Source: a virus
Virus record (IMG/VR): IMGVR_UViG_3300003962_000007
Location: 18,934 to 82,933 of that record
DNA: 64,000 bases
Strand: one strand, 5' to 3'
Numbering within the stretch: the first letter of the stretch is position 1; each line of letters begins with the position of its first letter. A model generated the notes under the pieces. It made no database searches. It was not told the DNA's origin and saw only the letters and a list, made by a program, of their open reading frames with translations. Shown in pieces: positions 9,062 through 18,086 of this stretch. The position numbers were made by a program, and so were the translations under genes.

Positions 9062-9932
9062 CGAAAAGAAATTAAAGCTTAGTAATAGCCAGATTGATCT
9101 ATACGAACAATGTGGAATGAAGTATTACTATAGGTATGTCGAAGGTTTAAAGCCCGACATAACTAATACTCCTCTATTGTTCGGAACATCTATCGATAAC
9201 GCTTTAAACTACATTTTAGAGTCAATGAGAGACAATAAGGAATGGTCTAAGGATAAGGCCAAAGAAATCTTTCTAGAGAAAATGCAAGAGTGGGATGGAC
9301 AGAACAGGCTAGACTTCTTTAAGTCGGAAGTCCCAGAAGAATTAAAAGAAGACTACGACGAATACGACGAAGATCATCAAGAAGCTGTATGGGATTTAAT
9401 AGTTAGACGTGGGTTAGCCTGTATAGACGTATACTGTAATGATGTTATTCCTCAGATAGATAAAGTTATCTCTGTACAGAATAGAGGCGAGATAAAAAAT
9501 GAAGAGGGACATTCCTTTGTATTTGTTCTGGATTTTATCTGTCAAATGAAAGACGGAAGAGTTGTCTTAATGGACAACAAGACTAGTTCAGCGCGCTATC
9601 CAAAGAATAAAGTTAAAACAAGTCAACAACTTAGTCTATATCTAGAGCAATACCCGGACATTAAATACGCAGGTTATTGCGTTCTTATAAAAGACCCAGC
9701 TAGGGAAAAAGGTGTAACTCATCAAATTCTAATTGACGAGATACCTGAAGAAACACGTAAAAAATCGTTTGACAAATTAGACGAAACGTTATATAATGTG
9801 AGTATGGGTAAGTTTGAAAAGAACTTAAAGGCTTGTAGATTGTTTAATAAGCCTTGTCCCTATGAGGGTATTTGTAAACATGGAAGTATGGAGGGATTGA
9901 TTGAATCAAAACGAAAGAAGTCTGACGATTAG
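9054..9932 (+). CDS. PD-(D/E)XK exonuclease, Cas4/AddB-like
   Basis: LSNSQI...C, LD...MDNKT, QLSLY, C-terminal three Cys (Fe-S staple pattern). Confidence 0.85.
   Translation: MSDEKKLKLSNSQIDLYEQCGMKYYYRYVEGLKPDITNTPLLFGTSIDNALNYILESMRDNKEWSKDKAKEIFLEKMQEWDGQNRLDFFKSEVPEELKEDYDEYDEDHQEAVWDLIVRRGLACIDVYCNDVIPQIDKVISVQNRGEIKNEEGHSFVFVLDFICQMKDGRVVLMDNKTSSARYPKNKVKTSQQLSLYLEQYPDIKYAGYCVLIKDPAREKGVTHQILIDEIPEETRKKSFDKLDETLYNVSMGKFEKNLKACRLFNKPCPYEGICKHGSMEGLIESKRKKSDD
9769..9797 (+). promoter_or_regulatory. intragenic sigma70-type promoter
   Basis: TTGACA-17-TATAAT inside the nuclease CDS; in-frame ATG at 9804. Confidence 0.75.
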
Positions 9933-10263
9933 AGATATAATGGAATGTGTTAACGATGTCTCTTATAAAGACTTTATTATTAAAGTTAGAGAAGCTCCTC
10001 ACATTGAGGGTTTTTTTATTAATGTAATTGCTCCAGTAGCCGATGCTTGTTCGGGTTACGCTTATACAACATCACCTAAAATCAAAATTATGCAACAGAG
10101 CCTCATTGTGGACGTTATCTTTAAGACTAAAGAAGATGTTTATAAACATATTTACAATTTATGTAAACAAATAGAGCTACATGAATTAAATGAACATTTT
10201 AAGGTTAACGGCACTTGTTTAGTAGAGCCTCACCCTGAAAGAAATTTATTAAAAATTAGTTGA
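9901..10263 (+). CDS. hypothetical protein
   Basis: 120-aa ORF, GGAGG upstream; ELHELNE.F motif. Confidence 0.65.
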   Translation: MNQNERSLTIRDIMECVNDVSYKDFIIKVREAPHIEGFFINVIAPVADACSGYAYTTSPKIKIMQQSLIVDVIFKTKEDVYKHIYNLCKQIELHELNEHFKVNGTCLVEPHPERNLLKIS

Positions 10264-10288
10264 CAATAACAAAGAAAAATGATAGGAT
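10260..10288 (+). promoter_or_regulatory. sigma70-type promoter, leaderless transcript
   Basis: TTGACA-17-TAGGAT, extended TG; in-frame ATG 10296 after a 7-nt gap. Confidence 0.7.
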
Positions 10289-10295
10289 GTATTAT

Positions 10296-10586
10296 ATGTT
10301 TAAAAGAAAAGATAAAAAAGAATTAAGTGCTCAACCCGAGCTAGAATCTAACGCCACGCCTGATTATACAAGGGCAGAAGTAAATGAAGTAAATTTTACT
10401 CATAAAGCTTATGGAATTCATAAGATTATAACTGAAAACGGGGCTGTATATAACTTGGTGGAAATTGAATATGACCCCGATAGTGGTGCGTCTGGCGGAG
10501 TAAATGTAATCCACAAAGATGTATTTGAAGATGTGGTTGATCGATTTAAAATGACCGTGGCTGAATCTCTTTTTACAAGGACTTAA
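10296..10586 (+). CDS. hypothetical protein
   Basis: Start moved to ATG 10296 because the track start TTG is the -35 box. Confidence 0.65.
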   Translation: MFKRKDKKELSAQPELESNATPDYTRAEVNEVNFTHKAYGIHKIITENGAVYNLVEIEYDPDSGASGGVNVIHKDVFEDVVDRFKMTVAESLFTRT

Positions 10587-10589
10587 TAA

Positions 10590-10829
10590 ATGAATAAACT
10601 AACTGTATACCTTTGGACTGCTGCTATTGCTAAAACCTCTTTAATTATTAGTTGTATTGTTACTGGATTTATGGTATCATGGATACTAGGAACTGTTATG
10701 ACGGTTTCGCTAGTGGCTTATTTGACTGGTCTTTATCTAGCTGAAAAGATTGTTCACGATGAAGGTGCTAAAATGCAAGAACAAATGATGAGAGACTTTG
10801 CTAAGTCTTTAGGTGGAGGTACAGCTTAA
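10590..10829 (+). CDS. two-TM membrane protein
   Basis: Two hydrophobic helices, charged tail. Confidence 0.65.
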   Translation: MNKLTVYLWTAAIAKTSLIISCIVTGFMVSWILGTVMTVSLVAYLTGLYLAEKIVHDEGAKMQEQMMRDFAKSLGGGTA

Positions 10830-11098
10830 TGTCTTATAGAAAGAACGAAGACGGAAGCGTTACTGTATCAAAACTTATTAAGTTTGATAATACATTACTA
10901 GAGGTTACAGCGTCTAGTTTAGAAACCGCACAACATTTATTTAAACAAGAGTTGACAGCTTATAGAACTTATGCTAATATTAAGACTAATAAGAAATTTA
11001 ACAGCCCAAGTAAAGAAGGCGAAGTAGACTATATTATTGCTAGAGACAGTCTAGCTGAGATTATTAATAAAGAATATGAACAAACTACAAAAGCTTAA
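10829..11098 (+). CDS. hypothetical protein
   Basis: GGAGG SD, TAATG overlap. Confidence 0.7.
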   Translation: MSYRKNEDGSVTVSKLIKFDNTLLEVTASSLETAQHLFKQELTAYRTYANIKTNKKFNSPSKEGEVDYIIARDSLAEIINKEYEQTTKA

Positions 11099-11261
11099 GC
11101 AAGAACATAAGTCTATAATTTTAGCAGCAGAAATTATCTTGGAAGATATGCTTCATTACGCCGAGGCTATAGAAAGAGGGTTTAAATCTTTAGGTAATCT
11201 ATATAATAGAAGAACAAAGTTAGAAAATCATATGAAAAAATTAAAGGAGAAAAAGAAATGA
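11076..11261 (+). CDS. hypothetical protein
   Basis: 61-aa ORF overlapping both neighbours. Confidence 0.55.
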   Translation: MNKLQKLKQEHKSIILAAEIILEDMLHYAEAIERGFKSLGNLYNRRTKLENHMKKLKEKKK

Positions 11262-11860
11262 GTGGACTAATTTATAAAAAAATGTCGGACGTAATGAAAG
11301 ACGTTAAAGCGGTAACTAAAGACCAAAAGAACACTGTACAAGGATTTAAATTCAGAGGCATAGACCAGTTTGTAAATGCCCTGTATCCTGCTTTAACTAA
11401 GCACGGCGTTTTTATGACCCCAAGAGCTACAAGCTATACGCACGAACTTAAAGACGTTACGAGAAGTAACGGTAAGCCTGGTGTAGACAAACATGTACAC
11501 ATTACAATGGAGTATGACTTCTATGCAGAAGATGGTTCCAAAGTTACAGTGGGTCCAATTCCTGCTGAAGGACTTGATAGCGGGGATAAAAGTACCAATA
11601 AATCATTATCAGCCGCTCTCAAATATGCTCTTATCCAAACCTTTAGTATCCCGACTGAAGATATGGCCGAAGCTGACTTGGAATCTCCTGAAATTGGGTC
11701 TTCTAACGTTCAAAGCTCTAAGGCAACGGAGAAAACTGTTGAAGCTAATGTTTCAGCACCAGCAGAGCCAGCACGAAAGCTATCTAGTTTCCGAAAACCT
11801 AAAGCAGATGCAGTAGCTAAACCAGTTGAATCTGCAGCAACTAGTGATGAATGGAATTAA
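11258..11860 (+). CDS. erf: ERF-family ssDNA annealing protein
   Basis: K..KN..QGFKFRGID, EGLDSGDK..NKSLSAALKYAL...F.IPT. Confidence 0.9.
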   Translation: MSGLIYKKMSDVMKDVKAVTKDQKNTVQGFKFRGIDQFVNALYPALTKHGVFMTPRATSYTHELKDVTRSNGKPGVDKHVHITMEYDFYAEDGSKVTVGPIPAEGLDSGDKSTNKSLSAALKYALIQTFSIPTEDMAEADLESPEIGSSNVQSSKATEKTVEANVSAPAEPARKLSSFRKPKADAVAKPVESAATSDEWN

Positions 11861-11862
11861 TA

Positions 11863-12297
11863 ATGTCTGAAGAAGTAAAACAAGAACAAACTGAACAAAA
11901 ACCAATCGATCCTGTAGCCCTAGAAAAGGCTATGGTCGAAGCAGAGCTTAAAAAGCAGGAAGAAATCGATCCTGTTGAAATGGCATCGATGATGCTTACT
12001 CTGTATACTCCCAGATTTTGTGCTCTAGTTGATAAGTTGTCCGTTAGACAGCTAAGACGTGTAACTAAATCTATTGTCGAGTATCCAGTAGGAAAAACAT
12101 ACAAACATGTCGACCCTCTAGAAGCAGAAGTATTCGCTATTGGTAAAAATTTGCTCGATGCTAAATATGTATTGGTAGCTAATACATATAACGAGAATAG
12201 AGAGTTGATTCTGCAACAAGCTGCAGAAGCAGCAGGCAACGCTACAATTGAAACAGTTTACGGTGAAGAACAAAAGGAGACAGAAAATAATGGCTAA
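11863..12297 (+). CDS. hypothetical protein
   Basis: Acidic ORF; ATG 11863 just after erf stop. Confidence 0.7.
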   Translation: MSEEVKQEQTEQKPIDPVALEKAMVEAELKKQEEIDPVEMASMMLTLYTPRFCALVDKLSVRQLRRVTKSIVEYPVGKTYKHVDPLEAEVFAIGKNLLDAKYVLVANTYNENRELILQQAAEAAGNATIETVYGEEQKETENNG

Positions 12298-12550
12298 GAA
12301 AAGAAACGTAGTAGGGTCTATTTGTAAACCCAAACCTAATGAAGACGGAAGTCCAGCAGGACCTGATTATATTAAAATGCGAGACGGTAAGATTTACCGA
12401 CTTGAAAGTGCTGCATATCAACTTCAAAATCTAGAAAAAGCAGTTGCTGCAGGCAAGCTTTCGGGTGAACAAGCCGAAGGAATTAGAGAGCGTATCGGTA
12501 AGATTCCAGCTTTCGTAAGATTTGAAATTGTTGAGCTAGTAGATAAATAA
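12290..12550 (+). CDS. hypothetical protein (possible ssDNA-binding function by position)
   Basis: AAGGAG SD then MAKKRNVVGSICK... Confidence 0.65.
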   Translation: MAKKRNVVGSICKPKPNEDGSPAGPDYIKMRDGKIYRLESAAYQLQNLEKAVAAGKLSGEQAEGIRERIGKIPAFVRFEIVELVDK

Positions 12551-12559
12551 ATTTCTCCC

Positions 12560-12642
12560 GTGGTCCGCTTCGTTCGGTTAAATGATTGTTGTAATTAATT
12601 ATCCCCTCCCCACTTACTTACAGCAATCAGCCACACCTTTTT
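12560..12642 (+). ncRNA. structured intergenic element with C-rich loop
   Basis: 12-bp stem TGATTGTTGTAA/TTACAGCAATCA (one G-U), outer GTGGT/GCCAC, loop ATCCCCTCCCCAC, 3' U-run. Confidence 0.4.
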
Positions 12643-12645
12643 ATT

Positions 12646-13056
12646 ATGATTAATAAGTTACTAAATTTTTTCAAAAAAGAAACAACAGATATGGACAAAT
12701 ATCAATTTTTTCATCAGAAGAATGCTTCTCCTTTTATGGGAAGCCAAAGAAAAACCATAGCCTTGCTTGTGGACTTTACCAAAGAAGACCTATATCGATG
12801 TTTTTGTAGAGATGAAGCTTTGAAAACTAAAATGGGAGTGGCTAGAGTTCATCCCGAAGATAACTTCTGTAAAGAGACAGGCAGAACTGTTTCTTATAAT
12901 AATGCTAAAGACATTGAATTTAAAATCATCGGATGTAGCTTTGAAGATGATAGAGTAATTTGGACATTAGAGAATAAAGAATTAGATTACCATATTTCTC
13001 TTAGAACCTCTAAGAGGTCTTATAAACCGCATTTCATTAATGCTTTGATATTCTAG
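12646..13056 (+). CDS. hypothetical protein
   Basis: ARVHPEDNFCKETGR resembles the common phage 'C.p.D.F....G' motif. Confidence 0.7.
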   Translation: MINKLLNFFKKETTDMDKYQFFHQKNASPFMGSQRKTIALLVDFTKEDLYRCFCRDEALKTKMGVARVHPEDNFCKETGRTVSYNNAKDIEFKIIGCSFEDDRVIWTLENKELDYHISLRTSKRSYKPHFINALIF

Positions 13057-13084
13057 TAGTATGACAGTAAGGGAGGAAAACAAA

Positions 13085-15007
13085 ATGTTTCAAGTAGTTA
13101 AGCAGGGAATCAACTCTAAACCTAAGTTTATCGAGTATGGCTCTCCAATCAATGTAGATAATCAAGATAAAGATTATTACATTAGTTTGTTTCAGTATAC
13201 CGAAGAACAAAAGAAATTAGCAGAAGCTAAGGGTTCCGTTGCCGGAATTAGAGATACAACGACAGACCTATTGTATTTCGATTTCGATAGTAAAGAAGAC
13301 CTAGATAAAGCTAGACAGGACTCATTGACTCTTGTCACTAGACTTATCGACATGGGTGTATCTCAAGACGACATCAACGTTTCCTTTACCGGATATAAAG
13401 GGTTTTCTGTTAAACTAAAGCTCAATAAACGAATTACTAACAAAGAGTTTAAAGCTGCCATTAAACGTTTAGCGGGCGATCTAAGTACAGTAGACCTAAT
13501 GGTAACCGACCCGGCTCGTATTGTGAGGCTAGACAATACAAAACACCAGACTAGCGGTAACTTTAAAGTACCGCTCGAGCTTTACGAACTAGATGAACTT
13601 CCTATTTCTGACATTATAGAGCTTTCTCGTAAACCTAGAAGTTTATCTATTAAAACAAATCCAGTTAGTTTAAAAGAAGATATTTTCATGGTTAAAGAAG
13701 AACCGCCCAAACAAGTTGAAGTTTCAGATTCTCTTAAAGAATCTTTAGCATCTAAGCCTAAACACTGGAAAGATTATAAGTGGGCTCTAGTACAAGGGTT
13801 CTTTGAGCCAGGCGAGAGGCATAGCGCACTAATGGTTATTGCTGCGACTTGTAGAGGGTTAGGCTACGACAAGAATACAGCTTATTACATGTGTAAGTCT
13901 GCGCTGAAAAAGCAAGCAGAACGAACCAAGTCAGATGAATTTCCTAAGGAAGAACTTTGGGAAAATATTATCGAACAGTCTGTTTACTCTGATACCTGGG
14001 AAGGCGGTCAGTATAGTCCAGCAACTAATCCTTGGCTTAAAAAATACTGCGAAAGAATGGGATTTGCTACTGATCAAAAAGACGAAGACCTTAAACCTAA
14101 AAGAATTCTTGAGGTTAAAGACTCTTTCGAACATTATGTAAAACATATTGAAGAAAATACAGTTTTAACTGGTATTAAAATTTTAGACAAAGAAGTTCCT
14201 CTGACTATTGGAATGAACTTGGGTATTGTAGGTGCTGCCTCAAGCGGTAAAACGGCTCTAGCGTTAGAAATATTGAAAAATACTAGTAAATCTGGCGTAG
14301 TTTCAGTATTTGCCTCTCTAGACATGCACAGAAACAGGCTATTCGAAAAACTCCTATACAAAACCACAGGTCTTTCTAGAGAAGCTTTGTATGAAAAGAT
14401 TAAAAAAGAAGGAATTGATAGTGTTACTCAGAAAATGAAGGAAGATTACGCTAATGTATTCTTTTACGATAGAAGTTGCCCTACTGTAGGTGACATTAAA
14501 GACTTTATTTCTAAAGTACAAGAAGAAACAGGCAAACCAGTCAAGCTTGTGATGGTTGATTACTTTGAACGTGTTAATTCTGAGAGATCGGATGAGACTG
14601 CCGCTAGTAAAGATGTTGCTGGACAGCTACAGGACTTGATTAATGACATGAACGTGTGTCTAATTACTCTTGTGCAGCCCAACAAGTTTAGTTTGTCTGG
14701 TGGACCAGATGCTCCCATTAAAAGCTATACGGCAATTAAGGGAAGTAGCTTTCTTTATCAATCATTTAGATCAATTATTTCAATCTGGAGACCTTTCTTT
14801 ACTCCCGAAGACAAAGACAAGGACAACTATATGCAAATGGGTGTTCTTAAAAACGATTTAGGAGAACTTGGTATTTATAATTTTCACTGGAATGGTAAAC
14901 GTGGTGAAATAAAAGAGATGACAGAAGAACAAGAAGAATACTTCGAACAGCTTCTAAGAGAAAAAGAAGCTAAGAAAGCACTTAAAAACACTAACGAATG
15001 GGAGTAA
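13085..15007 (+). CDS. primase-helicase fusion (AEP-like primase + SF4/DnaB-like helicase)
   Basis: YFDFDS, SFTGYKGF, RIVRL..TKH; C-terminal GAASSGKT, SLDM, VMVDY, LVQ, KND; SD GGGAGG supports start at 13085. Confidence 0.85.
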   Translation: MFQVVKQGINSKPKFIEYGSPINVDNQDKDYYISLFQYTEEQKKLAEAKGSVAGIRDTTTDLLYFDFDSKEDLDKARQDSLTLVTRLIDMGVSQDDINVSFTGYKGFSVKLKLNKRITNKEFKAAIKRLAGDLSTVDLMVTDPARIVRLDNTKHQTSGNFKVPLELYELDELPISDIIELSRKPRSLSIKTNPVSLKEDIFMVKEEPPKQVEVSDSLKESLASKPKHWKDYKWALVQGFFEPGERHSALMVIAATCRGLGYDKNTAYYMCKSALKKQAERTKSDEFPKEELWENIIEQSVYSDTWEGGQYSPATNPWLKKYCERMGFATDQKDEDLKPKRILEVKDSFEHYVKHIEENTVLTGIKILDKEVPLTIGMNLGIVGAASSGKTALALEILKNTSKSGVVSVFASLDMHRNRLFEKLLYKTTGLSREALYEKIKKEGIDSVTQKMKEDYANVFFYDRSCPTVGDIKDFISKVQEETGKPVKLVMVDYFERVNSERSDETAASKDVAGQLQDLINDMNVCLITLVQPNKFSLSGGPDAPIKSYTAIKGSSFLYQSFRSIISIWRPFFTPEDKDKDNYMQMGVLKNDLGELGIYNFHWNGKRGEIKEMTEEQEEYFEQLLREKEAKKALKNTNEWE

Positions 15008-15009
15008 CA

Positions 15010-15327
15010 ATGAAAAAAGCAACAAGATTTCTAGAAACCTTTGTTAGTGAATACATTGAAATTATTACAGATATGCAAACCGTTCAAAGTATGAAAATAG
15101 ATAGTGAAGGAAATATCACAGATGGCCCGCCTATCCCAATGATTGTCAATGGATTTCTACTAGACTGCGACGATACATTTGTTTACCTATCTTCGAGCGG
15201 CGAAACGGTTGACCAAGCAATTCCTCTTGACAGTATTAAACACGTACAAATAGTTGAAATTAAAAGTGAACTCGATAGTTATCTTGATACTATCCCTGAC
15301 CCAGAGAAGGAGACAGACTACAACTAA
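15010..15327 (+). CDS. hypothetical protein (possible Sm/LSm-like beta fold)
   Basis: GGAG SD; G.LLD.DD.FVYL ... AIPL.SI..V pattern. Confidence 0.6.
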   Translation: MKKATRFLETFVSEYIEIITDMQTVQSMKIDSEGNITDGPPIPMIVNGFLLDCDDTFVYLSSSGETVDQAIPLDSIKHVQIVEIKSELDSYLDTIPDPEKETDYN

Positions 15328-15328
15328 C

Positions 15329-15357
15329 TTGACAATTGTTAAGATTTGTAGTATAAT
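15329..15357 (+). promoter_or_regulatory. sigma70-type promoter, leaderless transcript
   Basis: TTGACA-17-TATAAT; ATG 15364 after a 6-nt gap. Confidence 0.85.
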
Positions 15358-15363
15358 TAAAGC

Positions 15364-15543
15364 ATGAAAGAAATTAATCTAAAAATTAATAAAACCGACA
15401 CAGGTTACGTAGTTACCGAAGAAAATCTAATTAGCTTTTTCACTGACGATGATCAAGGACGTAAGATGCTTATCGATTATCTTATTAAGAATCTTCTGAA
15501 TAAAGAAGTAGAAGGCGGAAGACTTTACTTTAGAGGTAACTAA
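15364..15543 (+). CDS. hypothetical protein (59 aa)
   Basis: MKEINLKINKTDTGYVV...YFRGN*; begins at predicted +1. Confidence 0.7.
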   Translation: MKEINLKINKTDTGYVVTEENLISFFTDDDQGRKMLIDYLIKNLLNKEVEGGRLYFRGN

Positions 15544-15544
15544 A

Positions 15545-15715
15545 ATGAGCATGAAAACCTGTTGTGGAGCTGATGACCATAAGCCCCATCATCCTAATTG
15601 CGAGAAACATAAAGAGATGACAAGGTTGTGGAGGGAAAGAAATGCTAGACAATCCGCTAATTTACGGAAAAAATCAGACTCAAAAGATAGTAAACGTCGA
15701 AGCGAACGGGAATAA
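15545..15715 (+). CDS. putative small Cys/His protein (56 aa)
   Basis: MSMKTCCGADDHKPHHPNCEKH...; GAGG upstream; overlaps polymerase start. Confidence 0.4.
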   Translation: MSMKTCCGADDHKPHHPNCEKHKEMTRLWRERNARQSANLRKKSDSKDSKRRSERE

Positions 15716-17801
15716 GCTTACTTACTTTGTTCAAAAAGAAGATGGTTCTGTAGAAAAATTTGAAAAGAAGAACAAGCTTTGGATATTGTCTGCTAGACCC
15801 ATATATAAAAATTCAGTTAAACTAAAGGGTGAGCTACACTATAAATACGGCACGCAGTTTGAGTCTAGAGATGATTGGCTGGCTGCTTTAAATTACGCTA
15901 AGAAGCAATTTAACGATACATATATAGTTTGGAACGAAACTGAAGCCGCCTTAATTAAAGACGGCTATACTTACTATAAAGGCTTAAAACATAACGAGCC
16001 TACTATCTTATCATTCGATATTGAATCTACTGGATTATATCACACTCAAGACTCTAAAGTTCTTTTAATATCAAACACATTCAGAAAAAATGGCGTTGTT
16101 ACTAGAAAGCTATTTTGTTTCGACGAGTACGAATCTCAAGGTGAAATGTTATTAGACTGGTGTAAGTGGATTAGAGAGATGGACCCTTCTTTAATTATAG
16201 CACACAACGGTTATTCTTTCGACTTACCATACTTACAATTCATTGCGGAAAAAGAAGGAGTTACCTTAAGTTTAGGTAGGGACGGCTCCCCTTTAACTAT
16301 CAACGAAAGACCTTCTAAATTTAGAATCGACGGCTCTAGAGATCAAGAGTATCACAAGGTTAAGATATGGGGCAGAGAAGTATTAGATACGATGTTCTTG
16401 GCAATTAGATATGACACCGCTACAAAGAAATACAATAGTTATGGTCTTAAGTCGATCATTAAAACTGAAGGACTTGAAAAAGAAGATCGTGTTATGTATG
16501 ACGCTTCTCAGATACGCATCAATTATAAAGACCCTGTAGAATGGGAAAAGATTAAAGCTTATTGCGAACATGATGCAGATGATTCATTAACTCTGTATGA
16601 CTTGATGGCACCTAGTTTGTTCTACTTGACACAATCTATCCCGAAGACATTTCAGAATATGATTGAAACCGCAACAGGCGCACAGCTCAATGTAATGATG
16701 GTTAGGAGTTACTTACAAAACGGACATTCAATTCCTAAAGCTACCCCTGCAGTGGAATTTCAGGGAGCGATATCTTTCGGAAACCCTGGAATATACAGAA
16801 ACACATTCAAGGCAGACGTGGCCTCTCTTTATCCGTCTATCATTCTAGCGTGTGATGTTTACGATCAAGATAAAGACCCTGATGGTAACTTCTTAAAGAT
16901 TATGCAAATCTTTACAGAGGAAAGACTTAAAAATAAAAAACTTGCTAAAGAATCTAAATATCACGACGATCTGCAATCATCGATGAAAACAGTCATAAAT
17001 TCCGGGTACGGTTTCCTTGGTGCACAAGGATTAAATTTTAATTCACCGCCTGCCGCAGACTTCATTACAAAGACAGGAAGAGAAATCTTGCAAATGTCTA
17101 TCGACTGGGCTATATCTAAAAAAATGAAACTAGTTAATGGAGATACCGATTCTATCTCTTTTTGTAAGTTAGACGAATCTCCAATAAGCGAGCAGGAACA
17201 AATTGAACTATTAGAAGACTTGAATAAACAATTTCCGAACAAAATTAGATTTGAACACGATGGTTATTACCCAACTGTATGCGTGCTTAAAGCCAAAAAC
17301 TACATCTTGTACGATGGTAAAAAAATTAAAACAAAGGGTTCTGCAATTAAAGCAACCACTAAACCAGAAGCTTTAAAAGAGTTTATCAATAGAAGTATTC
17401 ATCTCATAGTACACGATACGAATAGTCTAAATGAAAACTTGATTTTATTGTATAATGAATACGTTAAAGAAATCAATAACATTAAAGACATTAAAAGATG
17501 GGCAGCCAGAAAGACTATTAGCGATAAGACCTTAAATAGCGATAGGACGAACGAGGCTCGCATTAGAGAGGCTTTAGTCAATTCTGAATATGTAGAGGGC
17601 GACAGGGCTTATTTCTTCTATAAAAACCCCACAACGCTCGAGCTTGTAGAAAGATTTAATGGCGAGTATGACAAGAAGAGACTTCTAAAAAATCTATATG
17701 ATACGGCATGGTTATTTGAAACCGTAATAGACTGCGATCTTCTGTTTACAAACTATTCGCTAAAAAAGAACCTAAAGGAATTGGAGAGATTTAATGAGTA
17801 G
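15642..17801 (+). CDS. polB: family B DNA polymerase with 3'-5' exonuclease
   Basis: SFDIE, HNGYSFDLPY, YCEHD; DVASLYPS, KTVINSGYG, GDTDS, KNY. Confidence 0.95.
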   Translation: MLDNPLIYGKNQTQKIVNVEANGNKLTYFVQKEDGSVEKFEKKNKLWILSARPIYKNSVKLKGELHYKYGTQFESRDDWLAALNYAKKQFNDTYIVWNETEAALIKDGYTYYKGLKHNEPTILSFDIESTGLYHTQDSKVLLISNTFRKNGVVTRKLFCFDEYESQGEMLLDWCKWIREMDPSLIIAHNGYSFDLPYLQFIAEKEGVTLSLGRDGSPLTINERPSKFRIDGSRDQEYHKVKIWGREVLDTMFLAIRYDTATKKYNSYGLKSIIKTEGLEKEDRVMYDASQIRINYKDPVEWEKIKAYCEHDADDSLTLYDLMAPSLFYLTQSIPKTFQNMIETATGAQLNVMMVRSYLQNGHSIPKATPAVEFQGAISFGNPGIYRNTFKADVASLYPSIILACDVYDQDKDPDGNFLKIMQIFTEERLKNKKLAKESKYHDDLQSSMKTVINSGYGFLGAQGLNFNSPPAADFITKTGREILQMSIDWAISKKMKLVNGDTDSISFCKLDESPISEQEQIELLEDLNKQFPNKIRFEHDGYYPTVCVLKAKNYILYDGKKIKTKGSAIKATTKPEALKEFINRSIHLIVHDTNSLNENLILLYNEYVKEINNIKDIKRWAARKTISDKTLNSDRTNEARIREALVNSEYVEGDRAYFFYKNPTTLELVERFNGEYDKKRLLKNLYDTAWLFETVIDCDLLFTNYSLKKNLKELERFNE

Positions 17802-17997
17802 GTTTACAAACAGGCTTAAAAAAATCGTTGAAACTTTTTCTAGTTATCATAAACATGACTATTTTAATAATAGAATAGGTAAACTATTTAAGACTAGAAG
17901 TCATATATGCAGCACTACAATGGATAATCTAAGCTTTAACGTTGTTCAGCATATGTTAAATAAGAAAAAACATAGACTTTATAATCAAAATATTTGA
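17794..17997 (+). CDS. hypothetical basic protein
   Basis: 67-aa ORF, GGAG upstream. Confidence 0.5.
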   Translation: MSRFTNRLKKIVETFSSYHKHDYFNNRIGKLFKTRSHICSTTMDNLSFNVVQHMLNKKKHRLYNQNI

Positions 17998-18022
17998 CTT
18001 TTACCTAAAACTTTGATATTAT
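17994..18022 (+). promoter_or_regulatory. sigma70-type promoter, leaderless transcript
   Basis: TTGACT-17-TATTAT, extended TG; ATG 18030 after a 7-nt gap. Confidence 0.7.
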
Positions 18023-18029
18023 ATACTAC

Positions 18030-18083
18030 ATGACTAAAGAAGAGATTATCGAACTTATTAAAAAAATATTTCCAGGAAACTAA
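18030..18083 (+). CDS. 17-aa leader minigene
   Basis: MTKEEIIELIKKIFPGN*; starts at predicted +1 and ends 3 nt before the ATPase ATG. Confidence 0.5.
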   Translation: MTKEEIIELIKKIFPGN

Positions 18084-18086
18084 TAT

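Noticed and set aside
9054..9932. CRISPR-Cas system around the Cas4-like gene
   Set aside because: No repeat-spacer array or other cas genes; context (ERF, replication genes) fits a recombination exonuclease
12555..12640. Pistol ribozyme or Y RNA
   Set aside because: Only superficial matches (hairpin + TTAAAT; GGTCCG); the pseudoknot partner and Ro-binding bulged helix are missing
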